DNA of 64,000 bases from Sulfolobales archaeon HS-7 (GTDB lineage Archaea > Thermoproteota > Thermoprotei_A > Sulfolobales > Sulfolobaceae). The notes beneath the pieces are model-generated. The model ran no database searches and was not told the origin of the DNA. It was given only the letters and a program-made list of their open reading frames with translations. Below, piece by piece: positions 34,249 through 43,334 of the stretch (position 1 is the stretch's first letter; each line of letters opens with the position of its first letter). The translations under genes and the position numbers were made by a program. The stretch is taken from contig AP024596.1 in NCBI GenBank assembly GCA_019704295.1, positions 896,001-960,000 on the forward strand, read 5' to 3'.

Positions 34249-34596
34249 ATGTCTTCAGACGAGAATGAGGGAAAAGAAAAAGTTGATATCAAATCGCTAG
34301 TAAACATAATACCACCGGCATCTGCGAGAAAGGAAAAAATGCAATCAATTAAGGAAAAAAGAGTTAAAGTAAAAAAGAATAGCAATTTGGAAGAAGGTTT
34401 TGCTCTCATGTCATCAAGTCTAGCATCCTCACTACAAATTAAGGAGTGCGTAGAACTTTCTATAAAGGGGAAAAGGGTAAGAGTATCAGCGATAATCCAG
34501 GATAATGTAAATGATGAGACGGTTTATATGAATGGAAAGGATATGGAGAAGAATGGTATTAATGACAATAGTGTGGTGACTATTAGGAAGTGTTAA
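34249..34596 (+). CDS. small protein with Cdc48/VAT N-domain-like double-psi beta-barrel
   Basis: Two-fold internal pattern GFALMSSSLASSLQIKECVEL / TVYMNGKDMEKNGINDNSVVTIRK. Confidence 0.65.
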   Translation: MSSDENEGKEKVDIKSLVNIIPPASARKEKMQSIKEKRVKVKKNSNLEEGFALMSSSLASSLQIKECVELSIKGKRVRVSAIIQDNVNDETVYMNGKDMEKNGINDNSVVTIRKC

Positions 34597-34598
34597 TT

Positions 34599-35015
34599 AT
34601 GAACGATATTGACATAGAGTTAGATAGTCGATTAACGCAATTTGGGGAGACTGTCACGGAATACCTTGAGGGAAAAGATATAGTAGAAAGTTTACTACAA
34701 GCTAAGGAGGATCCTGAGGAATTAAGAATTCGTATGACAAAGGTAGCATTATCAAGAAGGAAAATACGGGCCATGTTAACAAGTATGAATAAACTTCTAC
34801 GTTCGGCATCCGATAATTCGGTTAGAGAGCAGGCCATAGCGCTTTTCTCCTTTCTTAATACAATAGGATTAAGAGAAGAACTAGAAGTAATTCAACAAAT
34901 GAGAAAAAGTGGGTTGTTATTCAATAGCAACGAACTCGATAGTTATGAGAGAGAGATTAACTTAATGATTAAACAAATAAGTAGCATATTAGACGAGGTT
35001 GAGAAGAATATATAG
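34599..35015 (+). CDS. hypothetical helical protein
   Basis: Charged helical ORF that directly follows the upstream gene; apparently operonic with glyS. Confidence 0.7.
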   Translation: MNDIDIELDSRLTQFGETVTEYLEGKDIVESLLQAKEDPEELRIRMTKVALSRRKIRAMLTSMNKLLRSASDNSVREQAIALFSFLNTIGLREELEVIQQMRKSGLLFNSNELDSYEREINLMIKQISSILDEVEKNI

Positions 35016-35070
35016 AATTAAATATTGATCAGTTAACTTTCATATATATTAAATGGTCATCTTTTATGAT

Positions 35071-35352
35071 TTATGTTCTTATTGCTAAATATAATAATAT
35101 CAGAGCTATCACGTTCGTAACAATTATCCCTAATGAGGGGAGGGCGTACATAAATCCACTTGTGCTCCACATAAAGAAACTTGAAACTAGTAAGATCTGT
35201 TCTATAAAAATCACTATTGACGTAATAAAAAGCGTAGTAGTAAACCTCGTCTTAACTAATCCCCTAAGTCTTAAGTATTCAACTAATATTAGCAAAGCGA
35301 AAAAGGAAGACAAAAACCCAACGCCAATATCTACGTACCAGAGCTTAATCAT
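35071..35352 (-). CDS. small 3-TM hypothetical membrane protein
   Basis: Three hydrophobic stretches; TATA-like AT run upstream; more protein-like than the antisense ORF. Confidence 0.6.
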   Translation of the reverse strand: MIKLWYVDIGVGFLSSFFALLILVEYLRLRGLVKTRFTTTLFITSIVIFIEQILLVSSFFMWSTSGFMYALPSLGIIVTNVIALILLYLAIRT

Positions 35353-35431
35353 GCTAGCTACACGCTATCCATTCTTTTCAAGAAGGGTATAAAAATTTTT
35401 ACCAAAATTTGTTTGGAAAATTTTACGTAAA

Positions 35432-36349
35432 TTACTGTTGGGGAATATCTATTCTCAATTCTTGTATCAATTCTTTATATCTATTCCTAACTGTAACTTC
35501 TGTAACGCCTGCAAGCTGAGCTATTTCCTTCTGTGTTCTTCTCTCCCCGTTCTGCAGAGCAGCTATATATATTGCTGCGGCAGCAAGTCCGGCTGGATCT
35601 TTTCCAGCCGTTATACCTGTGCTCTTTGCTTTTTCTAATATTTCGGCTGCCATTTTCATAGCACTGCCTGAAACACCGAGTACAGCTCCTATTCTCGTAA
35701 CGTAGTCCCTAGCATCGGTAACGGGGACGTCTATTTGTAATTCCTTCAATAGTAATCTGTAACCTCTTGCTACTTCTTTTCTATTAGCTTTGGTATAAGC
35801 AGCTATTTCATCTAATGTTCTTGCAACTTTCATTCGTCTACATGCGGTGTATATGGACGCTGCAACTACGCTTTCAATGCTTCTTCCCCTTACTAATCCT
35901 TTTTCTACTGCTCTTCTGTATATTGACGAAGCCTCATCTTTTACCGACTTAGGCAACCCTAGATTATTCGCAATTCTTTCTAATTCGTTCATAGCCTGCG
36001 CTAGATTTCTATCAATACTAGTCTGTATTCTTGCTCGGATTTGCCATTTTCTCCATCTTAAGGCTTCAAGTCTCTTCCTAGGTTCTAAAGTTCTTCCCAT
36101 AGCATCTCTATCTCTCCAATCGATTAAAGTCGAAAGACCCCTATCATGTATTGTGTTATTTAGGGGTCCACCCACCCTACTTCTTTTCTCTTTTTCTTCA
36201 GGAGTAAAAGCTCTCCATTCTGGACCCTGATCTACTACACGGTCCTCGATTATTTCCCCGGTCTCTTCACAAATATATTCTCCACGCTCAAAATCGTAAA
36301 CTACCTTATCCTGCGGACAAGGAGTATTAGAACGCGTCTCATCCGTCAT
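35432..36349 (-). CDS. tfb: transcription initiation factor IIB (TFB1-type)
   Basis: [10 protein letters not shown]-reader, two cyclin repeats, [13 protein letters not shown]. Confidence 0.98.
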   Translation of the reverse strand: MTDETRSNTPCPQDKVVYDFERGEYICEETGEIIEDRVVDQGPEWRAFTPEEKEKRSRVGGPLNNTIHDRGLSTLIDWRDRDAMGRTLEPRKRLEALRWRKWQIRARIQTSIDRNLAQAMNELERIANNLGLPKSVKDEASSIYRRAVEKGLVRGRSIESVVAASIYTACRRMKVARTLDEIAAYTKANRKEVARGYRLLLKELQIDVPVTDARDYVTRIGAVLGVSGSAMKMAAEILEKAKSTGITAGKDPAGLAAAAIYIAALQNGERRTQKEIAQLAGVTEVTVRNRYKELIQELRIDIPQQ

Positions 36350-36454
36350 TTATCACACCTACTAACAGAAAACCTTATATATATGTAAGTAGCATCATTA
36401 ATAAAGTTTTCCTATATATACTATATAAGCTTATCGTCATTTCTAACATGAGTC

Positions 36455-36763
36455 TTACTCTATTATAAGTATATTTGATGATGGATATCCCATTTCTTCA
36501 AGTACTTGCCTTACTTTTTCCCTGTGATCCCCCTGTAACTCTATCCTATTATTTTTGGTAGTTCCACCCGTAGCTAACCTCGATTTTAATTCCGATGCTA
36601 TTTCTTTTAGCTTGCTATCGTTTCCTTCTATGCCCTCTATAACCGTTACTTCCTTTCCATATCTCCTTTTTTCCAACCTTACCTTTATAAATTGTTCTTC
36701 TTTATTTAACTGTTCACAAAATTCTGGAGGCAATCCTCCACAGTTATCCTTTTCTTCAGCCAT
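36455..36763 (-). CDS. translation initiation factor aIF1 (SUI1)
   Basis: [25 protein letters not shown]. Confidence 0.95.
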   Translation of the reverse strand: MAEEKDNCGGLPPEFCEQLNKEEQFIKVRLEKRRYGKEVTVIEGIEGNDSKLKEIASELKSRLATGGTTKNNRIELQGDHREKVRQVLEEMGYPSSNILIIE

Positions 36764-37098
36764 TCATAATGAACATCGTTTTTCCACTATATAACTATAT
36801 CGTTTTAACCAAACGAGTACTTTTCTACTTTATATTGTAAGTTCTGAAAAACTATATGATATATCCCTTTGAAACTGTAAAACCCTTTTTATTAAAAATT
36901 AGGATATATAAGTATAAGAAATTTATTAATATTTTAAAGTAAAATATAAGGGTCTCATCCCATTATTCTCAAAAGTTAAAGACAACTTACTAATGAGGGG
37001 GGACGAAAATGTACATTATATACCATATTTGATTTTGTTCGTCTCTTTACACGCTGATTTAATTAAATAGTCTTATATATTGTCGAGATAAACCATAG

Positions 37099-37416
37099 TT
37101 GTCTATGGAACAGATAGTGGCCTTTTTGAACAAGTTAGACAGAACTCAATTCTTATCGATATATAAAGCATTCATCACAAAATATCCCGACACCGTTATT
37201 CTTTTAGAACCTATTAAGTTCACATTTTCCGCATATGATTGGTCATCAAGTAAGTATGATATAAACGGTTTACTCGATTTTCTATTAGAATTCAGAAAGA
37301 ATCTAAACACTAATGCCAAACTAATAGTATTTACTACGATACCGCTTAGCGCTAACTTCATATCAAGAGACAAAATTGTTTTGCTTAATCCGGAAAACTT
37401 AGATAGAGTTATTTAG
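37099..37416 (+). CDS. hypothetical protein
   Basis: 105 aa ORF in an AT-rich interval with a hairpin right after the stop; no family recognised. Confidence 0.4.
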   Translation: MSMEQIVAFLNKLDRTQFLSIYKAFITKYPDTVILLEPIKFTFSAYDWSSSKYDINGLLDFLLEFRKNLNTNAKLIVFTTIPLSANFISRDKIVLLNPENLDRVI

Positions 37417-37440
37417 GTCTAACATTTAGTTTGGACCTAA
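37413..37440 (+). terminator. inverted repeat between convergent genes
   Basis: TTAGGTCTAAcatttagtTTGGACCTAA, 10-bp stem with one G-U pair. Confidence 0.35.
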
Positions 37441-37638
37441 ATTTAAGGGTTATTTGCCTTGTAATTTTTATAAATATTGATAGATAAATACAGTATTTTA
37501 ACGGCTCCAAAATAACTATTATATAAAAATCAGTAATAACTATTTAGTATTCAATATAACCTATTATTACTTACTTTATTGATTTATACTATAAATAAAT
37601 TTAAAATATTGACTACTATTAAGTAATTGTTAAATGTT

Positions 37639-38940
37639 TCAATAAGGTAAGTCGGAATCAATATTGTAAATCCTCTTCATTGCATTAATTATTATCTCGG
37701 AATACGTAAAATGAGGGAAAATTGTAAATAGTAACTTACTTATAGGAAGTCTATATTTTACAAACAATGAAATTACTGAAATAAGTTCGTCGCTCTGATC
37801 TCCTACTATCTCTCCATAAACTACTCTGTCCCCTTTAATTCCTAACTTAACATATCCCTCTCTATATCCGGTAATTGCGGCCTTCGATGAAGCAGAGAAG
37901 GGATACTCCACAAACTTTTCAGCTTCCGACTCATTGCCTACGATCCCTATTTTTGGGTCCAAGTAAATAACTTGAGGAATAGATGAATAATCAATTTTAG
38001 TAGGCTTACCAAGTATGTTGAGCGAAGCAATTATCGCTTCTTCGAAAGCCACATGTGCTAATAATGGGGTTGGCTTTTTTGCTACGTCTCCTATTGCATA
38101 GATATTACCCTTTGAAGTTCTCATATTATCATCGATTATTATTCCCCTTACGTCTAGACTGACAAGATTTTCCACGCCTTTAGGAAATACAGGTACACGT
38201 CCCGTAGCTAAAATGATCTTATCAACGTTAATGGTCTCTTGCGTAGTAACTATCACGTTTTCCTCCATTTTGAGAACGTCTCTATTTTCGAAAATTCTAA
38301 CTCCATCCCAATCCAAAATACTTTTTACTTTTTCCCTTACGGTCAAGGGGTACTTTGAGAGCAATTCACCATGCGTTATTAGATAAACATCGGAGTTTTG
38401 CCGTGATATTATTTGGGCAAATTCGACGCCAGCGGGTCCTCCACCAACTATTCCCACTCTCTCCCCACTAAAATTCGCATTAATCCAAGTGTTCTCATCA
38501 AGAACATTTCTTTTTGGAAATTGTTTAATTGGTTCTGAACCCGTTGATATTATTATTTTATTTGCTCTAAGTAACTTTCCGCCCACTTCTACCGTATCTG
38601 CCGAAATGAGCTTCCCTTCTCCGTAATACACGTCAACCCCTCGACTTTTCAGAACATTTTCTCCTACGTTACTTAGGAAATCTATTATTTCTTTCATTTT
38701 ATGTTTATAATCACCTATTGATATTCCTATGTCGACACCTACATAGTTCCCCCATTCCCTATATCTATATATATTTGAGAATAACGTGTTTTCGAATATG
38801 GTCGGCGCACATCCTGTCCTTATGCAAGTACCACCTATAATATCCTTTTCTACAAGAGCTACACTAATATCATTGGAAGCTAACAACGAGGAAGCTACAT
38901 ATCCTCCGGTTCCTCCGCCTATAACTATAACATCATACAC
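37639..38940 (-). CDS. dihydrolipoamide dehydrogenase-like flavin disulfide oxidoreductase
   Basis: GGGTGG FAD motif, GGTCIRTGC redox disulfide, GGGPAG, ATGR.P, YAIGD, C-terminal HFTYSE. Confidence 0.85.
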   Translation of the reverse strand: MYDVIVIGGGTGGYVASSLLASNDISVALVEKDIIGGTCIRTGCAPTIFENTLFSNIYRYREWGNYVGVDIGISIGDYKHKMKEIIDFLSNVGENVLKSRGVDVYYGEGKLISADTVEVGGKLLRANKIIISTGSEPIKQFPKRNVLDENTWINANFSGERVGIVGGGPAGVEFAQIISRQNSDVYLITHGELLSKYPLTVREKVKSILDWDGVRIFENRDVLKMEENVIVTTQETINVDKIILATGRVPVFPKGVENLVSLDVRGIIIDDNMRTSKGNIYAIGDVAKKPTPLLAHVAFEEAIIASLNILGKPTKIDYSSIPQVIYLDPKIGIVGNESEAEKFVEYPFSASSKAAITGYREGYVKLGIKGDRVVYGEIVGDQSDELISVISLFVKYRLPISKLLFTIFPHFTYSEIIINAMKRIYNIDSDLPY

Positions 38941-39008
38941 AAGTGACTTTAAAATGGGTGATTAAAATATTATACGTTTTATCAATAGTTATCTTTTTAT
39001 ATAACAAA

Positions 39009-39650
39009 CTAAATAACGTACACAACGATTCGTTCAATAATATTATGCTTACCGAAAATGTTTACAATAATAACTGAACCCCTCTCCAAATTTCCTATAT
39101 GAAATGCGAGATAGAACTGGTAATTGTTTCCTACCTTGCTCATATTAAGTATAGAGATGGAGAAATAAGGCAAATATTCTCCCACATAAATTGTATTACA
39201 GTTAGAGGAAATCCTCACAATTCCAGTAGAGTTTGGTATTATTAATAACAAGCTATTTGAACTGTTACCCGTTTCGGTACTCATTAGATATGAACTAAGT
39301 GACAATTGGACGGGATAAAACGCTAGTGAATACGTGGAACCGTTCCCTTCATAAACAGTATATGTGTTTTCAGGAGAGGTGAGAACAGTTATCACATAGT
39401 AGTCATTCATAGGGGTGATTATAGCTCCTGATATATTATCCAAGTTAATACCTGAGGATTCCGGTGTATAGTAAATAATTGGAACCTCTGAGATTAATGA
39501 AGGAGTGCTAACTGTGTCGTTATATACGGTGTCTTGGTAGACGTACATGACTGGCCCTTCCCCCTTATTAGAATTAACAGCAATGATAACCCCCATTGCA
39601 ATAGCAATGGAAACTATAACACCTAGTATCGCAATTGTTATTTGTCTCAC
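39009..39650 (-). CDS. hypothetical exported/membrane-anchored protein
   Basis: N-terminal TM/signal helix followed by an S/T/N/Y-rich beta domain. Confidence 0.7.
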   Translation of the reverse strand: MRQITIAILGVIVSIAIAMGVIIAVNSNKGEGPVMYVYQDTVYNDTVSTPSLISEVPIIYYTPESSGINLDNISGAIITPMNDYYVITVLTSPENTYTVYEGNGSTYSLAFYPVQLSLSSYLMSTETGNSSNSLLLIIPNSTGIVRISSNCNTIYVGEYLPYFSISILNMSKVGNNYQFYLAFHIGNLERGSVIIVNIFGKHNIIERIVVYVI

Positions 39651-40065
39651 GATTCTTTGTCCGCTGAGCTAAATATATAATCTTAATGCTAATACTAGAA
39701 ATTTTTTACACTATTATGCTAAATAATTATAGGAATATTATAAGCAATCAAAGGTTCTCATCTCAATCTACAAATAGGATGAAGGGGGATTACTTCCTAT
39801 CAAATCAAACAGATAGCACTTTCTTGAATTTTGTGTAATTAGTAGATATTTGAATGAACTTCCTGGAATTCCAAGTCTTCAATAGCTTCCTGAAAACGTC
39901 GTAGAATTCCGGACCTCAGAAAAATGCATTAAATACTAATATTTAGATACTTTCTAAAAAAGATAATATAACATAACTTTATTTATAGAAAATTTATGTA
40001 CATATCTTAATTTGCCTAGTATATTAGAAAATATTATTTTCTTTATAATTTCTATATAATAAAAA

Positions 40066-40488
40066 TTAAGGATTCTCATTTTTTATAATCCACTCTATCT
40101 TAGTCTTAACACCTTTTTCGATGGTGTTTTTCATGGGACATTTTTGTGCGGCTAAATTTAAGATATCGGGAACATTCTTGTGATCCGACTCAACTTTGAT
40201 ATGATATCTTATCTCCTTCATTCCTGTATATTCTCCCAGCGATTCCATCGAAGACATATCGATATCTCCTTCTATATATCCCTCAATACTTTTTATATTT
40301 ACACCATGAAGCTTCGCAAAGTACCTTATTGTCAAGATTAGGCACGAAAGAGCACTCGCTAACAGTAACTCCTCTGGAGATAAGTAATCGGAACCAACAG
40401 TTCCGACATCGACCTCATTATCTTTCATCAACACTTTAACGTGTTCGTTATTATATTGTCCTTCTACCGTAAAAGTACTAACTCTCAT
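40066..40488 (-). CDS. OsmC/Ohr family protein
   Basis: SPEELLLASALSC and KCP, the two family cysteines; start uncertain (40488 or 40512). Confidence 0.85.
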   Translation of the reverse strand: MRVSTFTVEGQYNNEHVKVLMKDNEVDVGTVGSDYLSPEELLLASALSCLILTIRYFAKLHGVNIKSIEGYIEGDIDMSSMESLGEYTGMKEIRYHIKVESDHKNVPDILNLAAQKCPMKNTIEKGVKTKIEWIIKNENP

Positions 40489-41444
40489 TATTTTTAGACT
40501 TTCGCTTTTCAAGTAAATTAAAGTTTTTATTAACTATTTCATACAGTGTTTCTATTTTACATTTAATGCTTTGGGAAACTTTGGTTTCTCGATCGTGCTA
40601 TAGGATTTCTATGTTATGATGTGTAAGTTGAGGATACTAGAACCATACCCACCATACTACTCTTCAAAAAGGGGATTAGTATATGCGTTATCTGCCTTAT
40701 TCCATTTTCATAGGTCGTTCTGTCATCGTGAATATTGACTAACATATAGTAGCTCCTCTATCGTTCACTTGATCACGCCTACAAAATGTTACAAATCTTG
40801 GACTTTCCATATGCGATGATTATAATTTGAATGTAGCTAACTATTTCCCTTAATTAGGCTTATCTTGTCTTTCCTCTTAATTAACAGTTTAACGGGGAGC
40901 GTTAAACCCTCCATTCCTCACTTATAACTGATCTGCAGGATTTGATGATGAGTTTTTGTAATTAAGGTGATCCCCAACTTCCTGGTTCTTTACAAAATGA
41001 GATATATAAGAGTAAATTAATAGGTAAAATTGTAAGTCATTCTGAAATGTAATCCTTCTCCTCTATGTTGATAGGTCTACGCAATAATGAACGCTATCGT
41101 TAACGTATACGCAAAGTCACATTTAGATATATACTAGGACTATCCATTACTCACGATAGGAGTATATATTCCTTTTTAAGTATTTATCCAGATGAAATCT
41201 TGTGTGGCTTATTGAAAAATGTTAATCACCTAATTTTATATTAGTAATAACTAAAAATGGGGTATTTCCTGATCCAGCTCGAATACTATTTTATTTAGTA
41301 TTTTCTAATTTTCAGGAGTAATATTCTTACAAATTAAAATTAATAGAGGATAAAAAGTTTACGCCGAGGGTAAACATGGGATCATTTCTAAGATAGCAAA
41401 AAACACTAAATCCAATTTGCTTAATACATTATTGTGTTTAACTT

Positions 41445-41849
41445 ATGGAAAGACCAATAAAGGTTCTTATAGCTAAAGTAGGATTGGATGGACATGATAG
41501 GGGGGCTAAGGTAATAGCACGCGGACTAAAAGACCAAGGGATGGAGGTTGTTTATACGGGCCTACGCCAAACTCCGGAAAAGATAGTGAGAACTGCAATT
41601 CAAGAAGACGTCGATGTAATAGGAATTAGCATCCTTAGTGGTTCGCACATGGAGTTAATACCAAATCTACTCAATAAAATAAAGGAGAACGGTCTTTCTA
41701 ACGTAATTGTTATTGTAGGGGGGATAATCCCCAAAGAAGACGCTCAAACGTTAATCAAAATGGGTGTAGACGCGGTTTATCCTCCAGGCAGTAGTATGAA
41801 AGAAATTGCTGATTTTATTAGGAAGGCAGTTAGCGAAAAAAGGAGATAG
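41445..41849 (+). CDS. methylmalonyl-CoA mutase, cobalamin-binding small subunit
   Basis: KVGLDGHDRGAK (DxHxxG), SILSGSH, VGGIIP. Confidence 0.95.
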   Translation: MERPIKVLIAKVGLDGHDRGAKVIARGLKDQGMEVVYTGLRQTPEKIVRTAIQEDVDVIGISILSGSHMELIPNLLNKIKENGLSNVIVIVGGIIPKEDAQTLIKMGVDAVYPPGSSMKEIADFIRKAVSEKRR

Positions 41850-41852
41850 AAC

Positions 41853-42764
41853 ATGGAGCTACTAGATGAAGCCTTGAAAGGCAAAGAGATGGCAATAGCG
41901 AAAATACTTACACTACTAGAGAGAGGAAAAGGTCTTGATTACCTGGACTATCTCGCAAGTATAGGAGGTAAAGCTCATATTATAGGTATAACAGGACCTC
42001 CTGGAGCAGGAAAAAGCACGCTGATATCGTCCTTAATTGAGAGGTATTACACTACGCGAAAGGTAGGAGTTCTACTTATCGAACCATCGAGTCCGATATC
42101 TTTTGGTTCCTTTATGGGAAACAGAATAAGGATACAGAGGCTGTATCCTGAGGGAAGAGTATTCATCAGGAGCTTAGGAAGTCGAGGCGATTTAGGGGGG
42201 ATCTCACGTGATTCAATTATGATGATTGAGGTATTAGATGGGCTAGGTTTTGATCCTATTATTGTAGAGACTGTTGGAGCAGGACAAATCGATACGGATA
42301 TAACTAGTATAGCCGATACAAATATTATTGTTATTACTCCTGCAAGTGGAGATGACATTCAGATGTTGAAAGCAGGTATCATGGAGATAGGCGATATATA
42401 CGTTATCAACAAATCTGATCTATATAACTCCGATGTTTTTGTAATTTCTCTGAAAAACGTGCTAGGGAGTGCTACCTCACGCTATAGCCTGAGACCAGAA
42501 ATAGTTAAAGTTAGCGCTATAAAGGGAGAAGGAGTAGATGAACTTATAATATCAATTGAAAAGCACTGGTCATTTATTAAGGACAATCATAGAGAGAACG
42601 TTGAAAGGCGAAGGAGGAAACTAATTGAGCTATACTTACGCAATCTAATCTCGCCACTTATAGTGGACACTGCTAAAAAAGTAGGACTATCAAGTATAAA
42701 GGACGCTATTAATTCTTCTCATAACGTTTTGAAAGATGCTTTATGCCATGGAAAGATTCTATAG
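41853..42764 (+). CDS. meaB: MeaB/ArgK G-protein chaperone of methylmalonyl-CoA mutase
   Basis: GITGPPGAGKST, FIRS, ETVGAGQ, GDDIQ..KAGIMEI, NKSD. Confidence 0.93.
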   Translation: MELLDEALKGKEMAIAKILTLLERGKGLDYLDYLASIGGKAHIIGITGPPGAGKSTLISSLIERYYTTRKVGVLLIEPSSPISFGSFMGNRIRIQRLYPEGRVFIRSLGSRGDLGGISRDSIMMIEVLDGLGFDPIIVETVGAGQIDTDITSIADTNIIVITPASGDDIQMLKAGIMEIGDIYVINKSDLYNSDVFVISLKNVLGSATSRYSLRPEIVKVSAIKGEGVDELIISIEKHWSFIKDNHRENVERRRRKLIELYLRNLISPLIVDTAKKVGLSSIKDAINSSHNVLKDALCHGKIL

Positions 42765-43184
42765 GTTCTTTTCTTTCCTCTTCGGGATAATTTCGAACCT
42801 ATTCCTCTTGTTGAGGTAGTCATAAAGACTTATGCTAGCACCCACGGCTAAGATGATAATACTATATATTACCGCAATTTTTGGGGAGTAAAAGAAAAAT
42901 ATTGCGGTAATTAGTATGGCGGTTATGTAAAATGAGGACAGGAATAGAGACTTAGGTATTATTTTACTTTTTATTTTTATGTAATCCTCTAAGATTACCT
43001 TATTTACTATATATCCCTCTGGAACTTCCGTTATATAGCCCTCTTCTTTGAGCTTTCTTATGTGGTAAAGTACAAGAGATGGAGTACTTAATCCTAAATC
43101 CTGCTGAATTTTCCTTATTGATACCGGTCTATTTTGGGTTAATAGATAATAGTAGATCTTCATTCTGGTGCTGCTTTCAATCAC
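42759..43184 (-). CDS. winged-helix regulator with two C-terminal TM helices
   Basis: IYYYLL..RPVSIRKIQQDLGLSTPSLVLYHIRKL...GYI followed by hydrophobic helices; start uncertain (GTG 43184 or ATG 43163). Confidence 0.8.
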   Translation of the reverse strand: MIESSTRMKIYYYLLTQNRPVSIRKIQQDLGLSTPSLVLYHIRKLKEEGYITEVPEGYIVNKVILEDYIKIKSKIIPKSLFLSSFYITAILITAIFFFYSPKIAVIYSIIILAVGASISLYDYLNKRNRFEIIPKRKEKNL

Positions 43185-43334
43185 AGGAATAATATATCCT
43201 AACCACCTGATAAACTTTACTTTCATATTCCTAAAGGAAATAATTAAGTTGGCAAATACCGAGATATATTCCAATTCTAAGAATCCAAAACTCTTATAGG
43301 TTTACAATAGTCTGGTGTATTATAAGACCCATAA

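Noticed and set aside
35066-35392. 108 aa plus-strand ORF
   Set aside because: Fully overlaps a more plausible 3-TM ORF on the minus strand
36260-36325. TFB zinc ribbon with only two cysteines
   Set aside because: Known trait of Sulfolobales TFB1, not novel
40513-41444. 930-bp gap upstream of the MCM small subunit as a riboswitch, sRNA or pseudogene
   Set aside because: No B12-box, no properly spaced C/D boxes, and only short broken frames in the part examined
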